64,000 nt of DNA from a virus. The notes beneath the pieces were generated by a model. It was not told where the DNA came from. It saw only the letters and a list, made by a program, of their open reading frames with translations, and searched no databases. The stretch spans positions 1-64,000 of the IMG/VR virus record IMGVR_UViG_3300045988_090463; one strand, written 5' to 3'. Shown here piece by piece: positions 8,239 through 17,348 of this stretch; within the stretch, counting starts at the first letter, position 1, and each line of letters starts with the position of its first letter. Position numbers and translations under genes: made by a program.

Positions 8239-9183
8239 TCACATCTCCTCCTGTTTCATAAAATCCGGAATTTCTGGTTCTTTACCTGCTGCCGGAACTG
8301 GTTCTTTCTCGGCAGTCTTTACGACTTCTGCGACTGTTGGCTGTTTAGGCTGTTCTTCAATTGCCATTGGTTCTGGGATGAATTCCTCTTTATTGGCGTG
8401 CTGTTCGATTTCATATGCAACATCAGCTGCAAAAGCGTCATTTCTTGAAACTGTTTCTGTATCATCGTCCGCTTCCTGTACGAAAACATCACCATGAGTG
8501 TTGATGATCTGCTTTAAGGCACGATTGATAACGGTTTTCTTTGCCATCTGATCAGTGAATTTCTGGTGTGTGCCATTCCCATTTTCCTTGTATCCGAAGC
8601 CCTGTGACCAAGCTTGCTTAATCTGTTTGATGTTCATTACTTCCAAATGCTTCGCCCCATCTTCCATCAGCACAACTGCGTATGCTCCAAGGATTTTTTC
8701 GTTATCAATATTCATAAAATCCTGTTCGTGAGAATCCAGAACCTTATTTCCATCTTCAATATGATATTTGAATTTGTCTCCTTGGTAGATGATCTCTGCG
8801 TGAATATCTTTCATTCCGTATCTTCTGGCAATCGTCATATTTCCGAAATATGATCTCTGGAACTGACACTGTCCGCTGTAAGCGATGAAATACCCCTGTT
8901 TTTTCTGTACCGAAAGTCCCAGTGTCGCCATGTTCATAAGACTGTTTGCGATGCTAATCTGGCTACAAGATTCCAGAATTGGTTTGTTATTCCTGTCTTT
9001 CGTTTCCTTGAGAACTAGATATGCCCCCATAAGCGCATTGCTCAAGTTGTAGTCTTTTGGGAACGAAAGACCATATTTACATTTTTCTTCAAGCTGTTTT
9101 GTCAATCCGTCAATAAACTGATTGTTAATTACAACTGCTGCCTGCTGTTCTCCTACTGTTGCTACCTGTGTTTTGTTTGCCAT
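8239..9183 (-). CDS. recT: RecT-family single-strand annealing protein
   Basis: 314 aa. SIANSLMNMATLGLS ... GYFIAY ... KFTDQMAKKTVINRALK matches the RecT family pattern. Confidence 0.8.
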   Translation of the reverse strand: MANKTQVATVGEQQAAVVINNQFIDGLTKQLEEKCKYGLSFPKDYNLSNALMGAYLVLKETKDRNNKPILESCSQISIANSLMNMATLGLSVQKKQGYFIAYSGQCQFQRSYFGNMTIARRYGMKDIHAEIIYQGDKFKYHIEDGNKVLDSHEQDFMNIDNEKILGAYAVVLMEDGAKHLEVMNIKQIKQAWSQGFGYKENGNGTHQKFTDQMAKKTVINRALKQIINTHGDVFVQEADDDTETVSRNDAFAADVAYEIEQHANKEEFIPEPMAIEEQPKQPTVAEVVKTAEKEPVPAAGKEPEIPDFMKQEEM

Positions 9184-9484
9184 TTTAATTCTCCTTTTAT
9201 TTTTTTATACTTCCCTCAGGCACATACATAGTGAATTGAAATTCAAAATAAAAATCTATGCTACGCTGTTCTAATCTTTGTTGTGTTATTATGTAGTGTC
9301 CTATTTTAGTGAAACCTCAATCCATCGTGAATGTACCTGAGAGTTATGCTCAGTGGCATATGAAACAGGATGAAGTAACTTGTCTTTTTCTGTTTTTTCC
9401 TTTTCTGTCCTGTTCTGTATTTGCTTGAAATTTTCTATATATCCGGGCGTTCACCCGGATTCATATGCCACCGAAAATCTCTTA
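9184..9484 (-). repeat. non-coding tract with CA-rich boxes (left arm)
   Basis: No ORF with a start. Boxes at 9266-9300 and 9381-9424. Long-range stem 9215-9225 / 9331-9341. Confidence 0.6.
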
Positions 9485-10168
9485 TTAAATAATAGTTACA
9501 TTTTCTGGATTAATGTGATATCTGCCGTTTCCGTTTGCTCGCTGTGTTCCGATTCCGATATACTTTCCGCTGGTCTCGATCAGCTGTAAAACTGTCTCAT
9601 GTGGAAATACAATGTCGGGGCAAGATACTTCAATAATAGTTCTCCAATTATGAAATACATTGCTACTGCAAAGAACCGGGCTTGCACTGATTCCAGATGT
9701 AGGAACGATATTGCTAACCACTTCAACATCACTAAATGTAACTGGACAAATAGATCCTGCCATTGAAAGAGAACGCTTGATGTCTGTTCCTTTCTTTCCG
9801 GTTGAATCCTTAAAGAACGTAATAAATGTCTCAGTAAATGCTTTCTTAAATGCCTGTGTAAGAATGCAAGGGCGATTATCTTTCATATATGATTCCCATT
9901 CTTCCTGCGTGTAAAGAGAAATATCTTCATCGTGAAATTCAATCGGTTTTTCCCAGTGAATGCCTGTAATCAAGCCCTCCCAAATATTTTTTGACTGGTT
10001 ATAGATTTCTGGCATTTTTGTTCCTTTATCGTGCGCCTGTTTCCAACATTCAGCCTGTTCGTAGTAACGACTTCTCTTATGGAGAATCAGGTCTGTATCA
10101 CCGATAAGTTCCAGTTTTAATGTTGTTTCTTTTAAAGGTTCGATTGTAAATGTTTTTGATTTTGCCAT
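9485..10168 (-). CDS. hypothetical protein (227 aa) embedded in the CA-box array
   Basis: Start ATG 10168 behind GGAGGG; the track extension to 10366 crosses repeat DNA. C-terminal IGIGTQRANGNGRY glycine loop. No family recognised. Confidence 0.65.
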   Translation of the reverse strand: MAKSKTFTIEPLKETTLKLELIGDTDLILHKRSRYYEQAECWKQAHDKGTKMPEIYNQSKNIWEGLITGIHWEKPIEFHDEDISLYTQEEWESYMKDNRPCILTQAFKKAFTETFITFFKDSTGKKGTDIKRSLSMAGSICPVTFSDVEVVSNIVPTSGISASPVLCSSNVFHNWRTIIEVSCPDIVFPHETVLQLIETSGKYIGIGTQRANGNGRYHINPENVTII

Positions 10169-11208
10169 TGTGTTTTCCCTCCGAATTTTATGATTTGATT
10201 TATAGTTTCTGTTTGCGCAAACACTCAAACGGACTAATCTGCAATAATATCTGTTATATAATGTCGTGTTCTGTCGTATATTATTCTGTTCTGTCATGAA
10301 TTTTTTTATGTTGCGGAATAATCCGCTTGAATCTCTGCGCAAATTCCAGATATACTTAGCTGACAATAGAAAACGTGTCTTGTGTTGTGTTATTGTTTAC
10401 TGTATTATTTTGTTCTCACATATAAGGTTTTATGGTTTCCTGTTATGACAGTTTCTACTGCCAGTTAAATACATCTGTGTTGAATGCTCGGTAGGTAACA
10501 TGAATTGTCTTGCAGTGTCATATACTGTGTTATTCTGTATTGTCCTATGGTATCGTTTAGTATCCTGTGTGACATTTTTCATGCCACCTACCCAAAATTC
10601 AAATTTTGGAGAACTGCTTTGCAGACGATATAAAGGTCATATTTTTGTCGTATATTTTGCTATCGTATACTTTGCTATCATATGATGTCGTGTGGTGTTC
10701 TATGTTGTTTTGCTTTGACGGTTATACCGTCTGTAAAACAGCCCTCCGTTGAAGTGTTGTGTTGTATTGTTCTGTGCTGCTATTTCCTGCTATAAGATTT
10801 TTTATCCTATAATAAGTGTTCACAACACTCGTCACTCTGCACAAAAGAAAGAGATACTGCACTATACTGAATTATTTTATTTTGTTTTGTTGTGAGTTAT
10901 CCTGTCTTTCTGCTTATGCAGACTGATAAATGCTGTGGTTTCCTACGCTCATAAACCTGTAAAATTAAGCGAATATTTTGTTTTAACCTATTTTGTTGTG
11001 TTCTGTATTATCGTGTGATGTATTTCATTTGCCCATTTTACAGGCATATCAACGTAGGAAGTTTGCCGCTACTGCACTCATAAACCTACAAGAATACAAG
11101 TTTTGCATAATATGCTGTTCTATTGTGCTGTATCGTGCTTTGTTGTGCGTTGTTGTGTTCTGTGCTCCTACTCCTGTAGGAATATCAGCACAGTAGCAGC
11201 TTTGACAT
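10169..11208 (-). repeat. non-coding tract with at least 8 CA-rich boxes (right arm)
   Basis: 1040 nt without a credible ORF. - strand ACAGAACA / AACACAACA boxes alternate with hairpin-capable unique segments. Confidence 0.65.
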
Positions 11209-11655
11209 TTAATTAATCATTTCCCATATTTCTTCGTATTCCGAGATATTCTGGAATTTCTGCTTTATTGCCAGAAGTTCACTCCTGCAACGTTCTACAA
11301 GTGCTTTGTATTCGTCTGGTTTATTTAAAATCAGCTTTGTTGGTTTATATCCAGATGAACCGTCAGTTTTGTAGAAAACTCTGATTGTTGTCGGCTCCGG
11401 TTCTTTATCTGGCTTTATCTCGACGATTCTAAGATTTCTTACAACCGATCTGGCTTCCTGTACTCTCCATTTCTCGGCAGCTTCGGTATCGTCCCATGTA
11501 AAGCACTTGTGAAGTTCAGTATTGCTATCTCTTGCTTTGTCAAGAATCTGCTGTGGCGTAGCTGATTCTAATTCATCACAGATTTCCATGATCTCATCTG
11601 CACATTTCTGTGCATCGGCTTTAAATCTATATGTTCCCCAAGTTGCTAACTGCAT
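11209..11655 (-). CDS. hypothetical phage protein
   Basis: 148-aa ORF with a good RBS context. No family assigned. Confidence 0.6.
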   Translation of the reverse strand: MQLATWGTYRFKADAQKCADEIMEICDELESATPQQILDKARDSNTELHKCFTWDDTEAAEKWRVQEARSVVRNLRIVEIKPDKEPEPTTIRVFYKTDGSSGYKPTKLILNKPDEYKALVERCRSELLAIKQKFQNISEYEEIWEMIN

Positions 11656-11677
11656 ATTTCCCCTCCCTGTACTTTTA

Positions 11678-11908
11678 CTACTCGCAATAGCTTCTACTGC
11701 AAAACGGGCATCCTGTAATCAGATGATTTCCGGCACTTTCCACCGAAATACCATGTGTTTTCTTGCCGTATCTGGTTCTTCCATTTTCGGAATAGATATT
11801 CTGATGGCAGTCCCAACAAATACCATTGTCCGGTGCAAAACACGGATATTTTTTCTTATCACAGAACTGTTCTTGTGCCTTGATAGCTTCTGAAATATTG
11901 TACGTCAT
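11678..11908 (-). CDS. Cys-rich zinc-binding protein
   Basis: CWDC...CPFC plus further Cys/His residues. 76 aa. Confidence 0.55.
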   Translation of the reverse strand: MTYNISEAIKAQEQFCDKKKYPCFAPDNGICWDCHQNIYSENGRTRYGKKTHGISVESAGNHLITGCPFCSRSYCE

Positions 11909-11909
11909 G

Positions 11910-13886
11910 TTAGAATTCCTCCACTTTCAACTCGTTGTCAGATACCTTCAAGTAAATAACCTGCTGTTCCATTTGAGGGAATCGTTCTTCATTCACAGAT
12001 TCCGCATCGTCAATCCAAATTGGAAGTTTCAATCCGTTCAGTTCCTGTAATCCTGCCACAAGGTCAATGTTGCACAGAATCTGATCAGAGTGATTCAATC
12101 CATCAAAATATCCGATTCCGTCACAAATCATCTTGCAAACTTCCACCGGCTCACCGTCCTGCGTATAGTCCAAAAATTGAAACTGAAAGTGCTTGAAATG
12201 TGGATTGATAGCTTCCGCAAGCTTCTGATTCTTTTTGATGGAAAATTCTTTCAACATGTCAAGTTTCTGCTGAATATCGGAATCTTCCTGTCCTAATTTC
12301 TTTCTGTCCGCATTTAGTTGTTCGAGAGTTTCTGCCTGTTTCTGAACTGCCTGTTTTGCCATCTCAATTTTTGTTTCGATTCCTGTAAGTTCCTTTTCGG
12401 CAGACGTTCTTTCTGCCTGAACTGCTGCCTTTTCCTCAGAATTATTAGTCAGTCCGTCAAGCTGTTCCTGTTTCTTCTGGATTTCTGCTACAACTGCCTG
12501 ATACTCTTCGTTTCCAGACACGTCTGGATCCGCAATGCTTTCTAATTCTTTGCTAGTTTTTGAAATTTCGGTCAAAAGGATTGCAATGCTTTTCTTAGAT
12601 GCCTCAATATTTTTTTCCAGCTGTTCTCTCTTGATTTCGGCTTTTTTCTTTTCCTCTACTGTTTTTTTACCTTCTTCATTGATTTCTCTGAGATTCTGCT
12701 GTTTTGCATTCTCGAAATCTGTTTTTTTGTCCAACTCAGCTTTGATTCTCTCCTGCTTTTTCTGTTCGAATTCTGCTTTAAGTCGTTCCATTTCGTCTGC
12801 CGGAAGAACCTGACCACAAGTCGGGCAAATGGCAACCGTAGGGTCGAATTGTTCATTCTGAATATCTTCCAGTTTAGAGCTGTTATCATATTCTGCCGCA
12901 TACTGTGCTTTATATTTTTTCTGTAACTGCAAAATCATCGACTCAAGGCGTTTTGGATTTTCAGTTTTGGACAATTCGTTTTCAAGATTACGCAGATGAT
13001 TTTCTTCTTTCATCTTTTCGATTTGCCTGTCATTTAATAAGGAAACGATTTTTCTCTTTTCTTCCTGTAATGCTTCTGCTGCATTTGAGACGATTGCATC
13101 TCTGGACTTCTTAAGACCTACAATTTCATAGGAAAGTTCATCGTATGCTTTTCCAGAATCACTCAGCCGTTGTTCTTTCTGTCTCAGCTCGCTCAGATGA
13201 TTTAAAACTTGTCCTCTCTTTTCTTCAAGGACTGTTGCGTCTGGTATTCCTTGTTCCTTTAAGGTATCAATCTCAACCTTTTTGACGTCAATTTTCTTCT
13301 GGATATCTTTTCTGTCTTTGTTGAGTTTTTTCACAACTTCCTCGACAGAATGATTCTTGATGATTTCCGAAACTTCTGGATTGTCCTGCAATACTTTATC
13401 CGCATTGAACCCTGCCATCTTTTCAAGCGTTGCTCTGGCACTTGCTGTTGATTTTCGAAGTTCATTCAGGAATACTCTGGCATTGCTGCACATCATAATG
13501 GTTTCTGGGTCTGCAATTCTTTTTAAGAAATCTTTGTATTTTGTCTGGTTATAATCGAACCCATCAACCTGATATTTTGTGGTGCTGGAAGATTTACCCT
13601 TCTTCGTTTCCTTACGGATCATGGTTTCTTCTCCATCAATCAGAAGTGTGAGTTCTCTGGATACGACACCCTCAACTTCTTCTCCGTCTTCTTTTCTTCT
13701 GACATTATTCGGAGATGTACCGTCTGCAAGCTTTCCGGTTAGTATGTCAAAATATGCGTCCATCAACGTTGTTTTACCCTGGCGATTCTTTCCGAAAACC
13801 ATCGTTCGTGGTGCAAACTGATACTCCGCAGACTCAAACTTCTTGTAGTTTTCAATATTAAGCTGTTTCAATTCTACTGTTTTCAT
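11910..13886 (-). CDS. Rad50/SbcC-like AAA ATPase with coiled coil and CxxC hook
   Basis: Walker A GKNRQGKTT, about 400 aa of coiled coil with central CPTCGQ, and Walker B LPIWIDDAES. Confidence 0.75.
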   Translation of the reverse strand: MKTVELKQLNIENYKKFESAEYQFAPRTMVFGKNRQGKTTLMDAYFDILTGKLADGTSPNNVRRKEDGEEVEGVVSRELTLLIDGEETMIRKETKKGKSSSTTKYQVDGFDYNQTKYKDFLKRIADPETIMMCSNARVFLNELRKSTASARATLEKMAGFNADKVLQDNPEVSEIIKNHSVEEVVKKLNKDRKDIQKKIDVKKVEIDTLKEQGIPDATVLEEKRGQVLNHLSELRQKEQRLSDSGKAYDELSYEIVGLKKSRDAIVSNAAEALQEEKRKIVSLLNDRQIEKMKEENHLRNLENELSKTENPKRLESMILQLQKKYKAQYAAEYDNSSKLEDIQNEQFDPTVAICPTCGQVLPADEMERLKAEFEQKKQERIKAELDKKTDFENAKQQNLREINEEGKKTVEEKKKAEIKREQLEKNIEASKKSIAILLTEISKTSKELESIADPDVSGNEEYQAVVAEIQKKQEQLDGLTNNSEEKAAVQAERTSAEKELTGIETKIEMAKQAVQKQAETLEQLNADRKKLGQEDSDIQQKLDMLKEFSIKKNQKLAEAINPHFKHFQFQFLDYTQDGEPVEVCKMICDGIGYFDGLNHSDQILCNIDLVAGLQELNGLKLPIWIDDAESVNEERFPQMEQQVIYLKVSDNELKVEEF

Positions 13887-14500
13887 GCTGTTTTATCCTC
13901 CAACCAATATGCTGAAACTTCATAAGCCGTTCTTTTTTCAACCTCAGTTTCAACTTTTTTTGTGTATTCTCGGCTCTGTATTCTTCCTTGCAAAAGAATG
14001 TTATCTCCAACTTCGCAACCGCCAATATATCTGGCATCTCTTCCCCAGCAAATGCACGGTATGTAGTCAGATATTCCATGTGGTCGGTTTACTGCAAGAA
14101 GGATATCTGCGATTTCTCTTCCGTTTGGTGTCTTTCTGTATACTGGCGGTTTACAGATAAATCCGTCTAAAAGAATATTGTTGGTGTGATATGTGCCTTC
14201 CTCTGCAAACTTAATTTCTCTTGCGAAAACAAAGAGAATTAATTTACTGTGTTTGTCATCGTGCTTGTTGTAAGAACGGAACTGTCCGTAAACTTCAACC
14301 ATTTCTCCGGTATAGTCCTGTGTTACATCAATAAGCCTTTCGGATACCATAACTGGAAGAATATCCTTTGTATCGCTCAGTCGTTTTGCCGATACCTGCA
14401 TTGTGTAAAACTTTTCTCCATATGTTTCATGGCTAAATTCAAACTTGGATTCAATTGTCCCAATCAGTGTTGCCTGATTGTTTTCTAAAAGTTTATTCAA
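13883..14500 (-). CDS. OB-fold single-stranded DNA-binding protein (two OB-like halves)
   Basis: SSB-like strands in both halves (ATLIGTI...VYGQFRS; LLDGFICKPP...LLQGRIQSREY). Sits in the recombination module. Confidence 0.6.
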   Translation of the reverse strand: MNKLLENNQATLIGTIESKFEFSHETYGEKFYTMQVSAKRLSDTKDILPVMVSERLIDVTQDYTGEMVEVYGQFRSYNKHDDKHSKLILFVFAREIKFAEEGTYHTNNILLDGFICKPPVYRKTPNGREIADILLAVNRPHGISDYIPCICWGRDARYIGGCEVGDNILLQGRIQSREYTKKVETEVEKRTAYEVSAYWLEDKTA

Positions 14501-14690
14501 CTCCGTTTACCCACCTTTCTATCTGCATTAAAATAGGAAGGGATATCATTGAAGACACCATTGCGCTTAAGCAGAACATCTTAAGTACATCCATTTTCGT
14601 CATCCACCAGAGTAATAATGCAATCGTGGAAAATGTTCCAACCTGTGCCATCACTCCGATAAAATACATTCTTTTCCTCATATCCCTCAC
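14493..14690 (-). CDS. small membrane protein
   Basis: Two hydrophobic helices. GTG 14690 or ATG 14681 start. Confidence 0.45.
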   Translation of the reverse strand: MRDMRKRMYFIGVMAQVGTFSTIALLLWWMTKMDVLKMFCLSAMVSSMISLPILMQIERWVNGVE

Positions 14691-14848
14691 TTCTTTCTTT
14701 TTGTTGCTGCTGTTGCAAGTAAAGCTACTGATAGTGCTACAACTGCGACTTCCAGACGTTTTGTTTTTGCCGCTTGATCTGCGATGATTTCGCTTGCAAG
14801 GCTCTGATTTGTAGTTACGTTTTCGGTGTGTTTTGTGATTTTAGACAT
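14687..14848 (-). CDS. small C-terminally anchored membrane protein (53 aa)
   Basis: Below the track cutoff. AGGAGGG RBS. VAVVALSVALLATAAT helix followed by KRKK. Confidence 0.45.
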   Translation of the reverse strand: MSKITKHTENVTTNQSLASEIIADQAAKTKRLEVAVVALSVALLATAATKRKK

Positions 14849-14978
14849 AAAAAATGCCCTCCTGGTATAAATTTTCTTTTCAAATACAGGAAGGTGTGTT
14901 ATACTTTACCTGTATTTAACTTACCCAATTAAGTTAGATACGTGCTTCGGTTGGTGTTCCTGCACCGCCGAGGCAACC

Positions 14979-15146
14979 TTAGTCTTTTTTCGGAATGTAG
15001 CTGATACCCAAAATTAAATCTACATCTTCTTTATCAATAAGATTTGAATTATCTGCGTTCAGCATTGCTTCGAGTGCGGCTACTCTCCCTGCCAGAAAAG
15101 CAAATTCTTCGCCCATGTTTTCCGGTACATATTCGAACTTACTCAT
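14979..15146 (-). CDS. small hypothetical protein (55 aa)
   Basis: ATGA overlap with the upstream gene. Below the track cutoff. Confidence 0.4.
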   Translation of the reverse strand: MSKFEYVPENMGEEFAFLAGRVAALEAMLNADNSNLIDKEDVDLILGISYIPKKD

Positions 15147-15400
15147 TTTCCCTCCATTAAAATTTTCTCAAGATGCTTTTTGACTCTGATGAAATTCTCT
15201 TCTTCCTGATAGCCATTTTCCGAAATGTTATACATAACTCCTTTTTGATCGCCATCAAAAAATTCATCGTAGATACTAACGCTCACAAATCGACCGTGTT
15301 CATAATTTGTAACACTGAAATTTACAGTCGTGAGATTTCTTTCCTGCACTTTCCTGCATAACTGATACAGGGTATCTATTTTTGTATTAAAACCACTCAT
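15143..15400 (-). CDS. hypothetical protein
   Basis: Start moved to ATG 15400 behind AAGGAG. Confidence 0.5.
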   Translation of the reverse strand: MSGFNTKIDTLYQLCRKVQERNLTTVNFSVTNYEHGRFVSVSIYDEFFDGDQKGVMYNISENGYQEEENFIRVKKHLEKILMEGK

Positions 15401-15450
15401 GCTATACTCCTTTCTGTGGTATAATCTTCTATGGGAAGGAGGTGTGACCA

Positions 15451-15672
15451 ATGGATATTAACCAAATTGCTCATGATCTGGCTGTTGCTAAATTATGTGC
15501 TGAATTACCGGGAAATCTGGATAATCCTCATATCTGCCAGAGATACTTCAAATACCGCGCAGAATTTGTTGATCTTCTGGATTCCCATGATGAAGATTAC
15601 TTTCTCAATGAACTTGATAAAGAGAAAGTAAAGAATTTCAAAGCTGTCAAACAGCCTAGCGTCGAGAACTAA
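15451..15672 (+). CDS. hypothetical protein on the opposite strand
   Basis: 73 aa, GGAAGGAGG RBS, own extended -10 TGgTATAAT at 15417-15425. Confidence 0.55.
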   Translation: MDINQIAHDLAVAKLCAELPGNLDNPHICQRYFKYRAEFVDLLDSHDEDYFLNELDKEKVKNFKAVKQPSVEN

Positions 15673-15881
15673 TTACATTTGTTGGATGTGTTCCGCGTTA
15701 TTCTTGTGATGTGGAGCACATCCTCCAAAGAAAACTGAACTTTGAAGTCATATTCACCTTCTGTCCAACTACACTCCACAATACCTTTTCCTTTAGTTCC
15801 AATTTCTTCGTACATTTCGGGCGGCATATGCAATTCTTTGCCATTTCTGAACTTGATAATTGTTTCATCGGCACTCTTCAC
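15669..15881 (-). CDS. hypothetical protein
   Basis: GTG 15881 lies 7 nt after GGAGG and avoids overlap with the Bro gene. The track ORF reaches 15956. Confidence 0.45.
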   Translation of the reverse strand: MKSADETIIKFRNGKELHMPPEMYEEIGTKGKGIVECSWTEGEYDFKVQFSLEDVLHITRITRNTSNKCN

Positions 15882-15892
15882 TTTCACACCTC

Positions 15893-16600
15893 CTACATTG
15901 TCATCTGGGCATTGCAGTCGCGAATCATCATCTTTGTGTTGGTACACGGTGTCCATCCTTTGATGTATTCGACTGCTTCCTGGTATCTCAATTTCGGAAT
16001 GTTATTTCTGGCATTTACATCGAAGTAAGTCTTTACATCCCTGTTGCATTCTGCAAATACCTTTTTTCCAATTTCATCATAGGCATTGGATTTCTTTCCA
16101 CCCAGAACCTCGATCACCACCTTGGAAACTAGATCACTGATGTACTTCTGCTGACCGTAATCAATGGTCATGGTATTCTCAAGTTTCTCGATTCGCTCCT
16201 CATGATCTTGATTCCCCTGAGCCAACAACTGAATCTGCTCTGCTGTGGTCATTGGTTTCTGATAAGAGCCTGTCTTACGGATTGTTGGGAGGACTTCACT
16301 AGTTACCCAGTGTTTAAATCTTTTAGCTGATTCAAGTTTGCTTCCGAAGATTAAAGCGTATAAGCCAGATTCGTTGATGAGTGCTGTTTGAGTTTTTACC
16401 ACATTCCCATTTTGGGAATCTGCTTCAAGAACCTTTAAAATTCTGTCTTCTTCTTCAACATGAACTGAAACTGCTTTACTCGCATTGGAATATCCAAGTG
16501 CTAATGCCACATCTTTTCCAACGAACCAAGGTTCATTGTCAATAGTCACTGTTCGAATTTCTCCGAACTCTGCTGAATTGAAAATCTGTAATTTGTTCAT
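15893..16600 (-). CDS. Bro-N / ORF6C-type antirepressor
   Basis: N-terminal FNSAEFGEIRTVTIDNEPWFVGKDVALALGY (Bro-N) and a helical C-domain. Confidence 0.8.
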   Translation of the reverse strand: MNKLQIFNSAEFGEIRTVTIDNEPWFVGKDVALALGYSNASKAVSVHVEEEDRILKVLEADSQNGNVVKTQTALINESGLYALIFGSKLESAKRFKHWVTSEVLPTIRKTGSYQKPMTTAEQIQLLAQGNQDHEERIEKLENTMTIDYGQQKYISDLVSKVVIEVLGGKKSNAYDEIGKKVFAECNRDVKTYFDVNARNNIPKLRYQEAVEYIKGWTPCTNTKMMIRDCNAQMTM

Positions 16601-16661
16601 ATATCTCCTTTCTGTTGAGTTTGACTTCTTATCTCTTTATAATGTAAGTACAGGCATCGCC

Positions 16662-16868
16662 ATGCCGAGTAACTTGAAAGGAGATAAGAATTTGATATTG
16701 CTTCCTTACATGGATGGTTTTTACCGCTCTGGTGAAAAAGTATCCGAAACTACTGTTTTCGCTTGTTGTAATTGCAATTCCAAAAGAACTGTAAAATCTG
16801 GTAAGTCCATCCCTAAGTGTTCAAAATGCAACGATTATACCTATTGGTTTAAAATCGTAACGCTTTGA
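16662..16868 (+). CDS. zinc-ribbon protein
   Basis: CCNC...CSKC pairs. TTGAGT-17-TATAAT promoter at 16615-16643. Weak RBS. Confidence 0.4.
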   Translation: MPSNLKGDKNLILLPYMDGFYRSGEKVSETTVFACCNCNSKRTVKSGKSIPKCSKCNDYTYWFKIVTL

Positions 16869-17092
16869 TTACTTTCAATATCTGCAAACATTGTTTCTGG
16901 GTGATATTCATTCTTTAAATCACTGTTTTCATAATCTATGGATATCACTTGGAAGCAAATGCTTGCACCGTTTTCGGTATTAAATACTTTTAAGTACTTA
17001 TTCCCACCTTTTGAAAAGCACATCACTCTTGTTTTGTCAGGAACTCTGATGATTTGTGGCAAGAATAAATGCTTGATGATTCTTTTTAGCAT
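16841..17092 (-). CDS. hypothetical protein
   Basis: 83-aa ORF downstream of cro-like gene. Confidence 0.5.
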   Translation of the reverse strand: MLKRIIKHLFLPQIIRVPDKTRVMCFSKGGNKYLKVFNTENGASICFQVISIDYENSDLKNEYHPETMFADIESNQSVTILNQ

Positions 17093-17113
17093 TATTCTCC
17101 TTCCTAATTCAGT

Positions 17114-17317
17114 TTAATTGAATTTATTAGGCACAAAAATAAAATCCATAGGGATTCCAGAAAGTTCACTCATTTTTCTAAGCTGAGATAATGTAGGCTC
17201 GGTCTTTCCTTTCTCCCAGTTAACCACTGTAGCATTAGAAATACCGAATATTTCAGCCCATTCTTTCTGGTTGTACCCAGCGTTAACCCGAACTGCTTCT
17301 AATGAAATTTTTGGCAT
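17114..17317 (-). CDS. Cro-like XRE-family HTH regulator
   Basis: YNQKEWAEIFGISNATVVNWEKGKTEP helix-turn-helix. Divergent from the cI-like gene. Confidence 0.8.
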   Translation of the reverse strand: MPKISLEAVRVNAGYNQKEWAEIFGISNATVVNWEKGKTEPTLSQLRKMSELSGIPMDFIFVPNKFN

Positions 17318-17348
17318 TTGCTCATCTCCTTTCTTAACTTCTGGGCTT

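Noticed and set aside
10266-11196. Plus-strand ORFs 10266..10448, 10500..10685 and 10993..11196.
   Set aside because: They translate to Cys/Val/Leu/Phe runs generated by TG-rich repeats, have no RBS, and lie antisense to the operon direction.
9184-11208. CRISPR array.
   Set aside because: The boxes are degenerate, of variable length and irregularly spaced. There is no constant direct repeat alternating with unique spacers of fixed size, and no cas genes.
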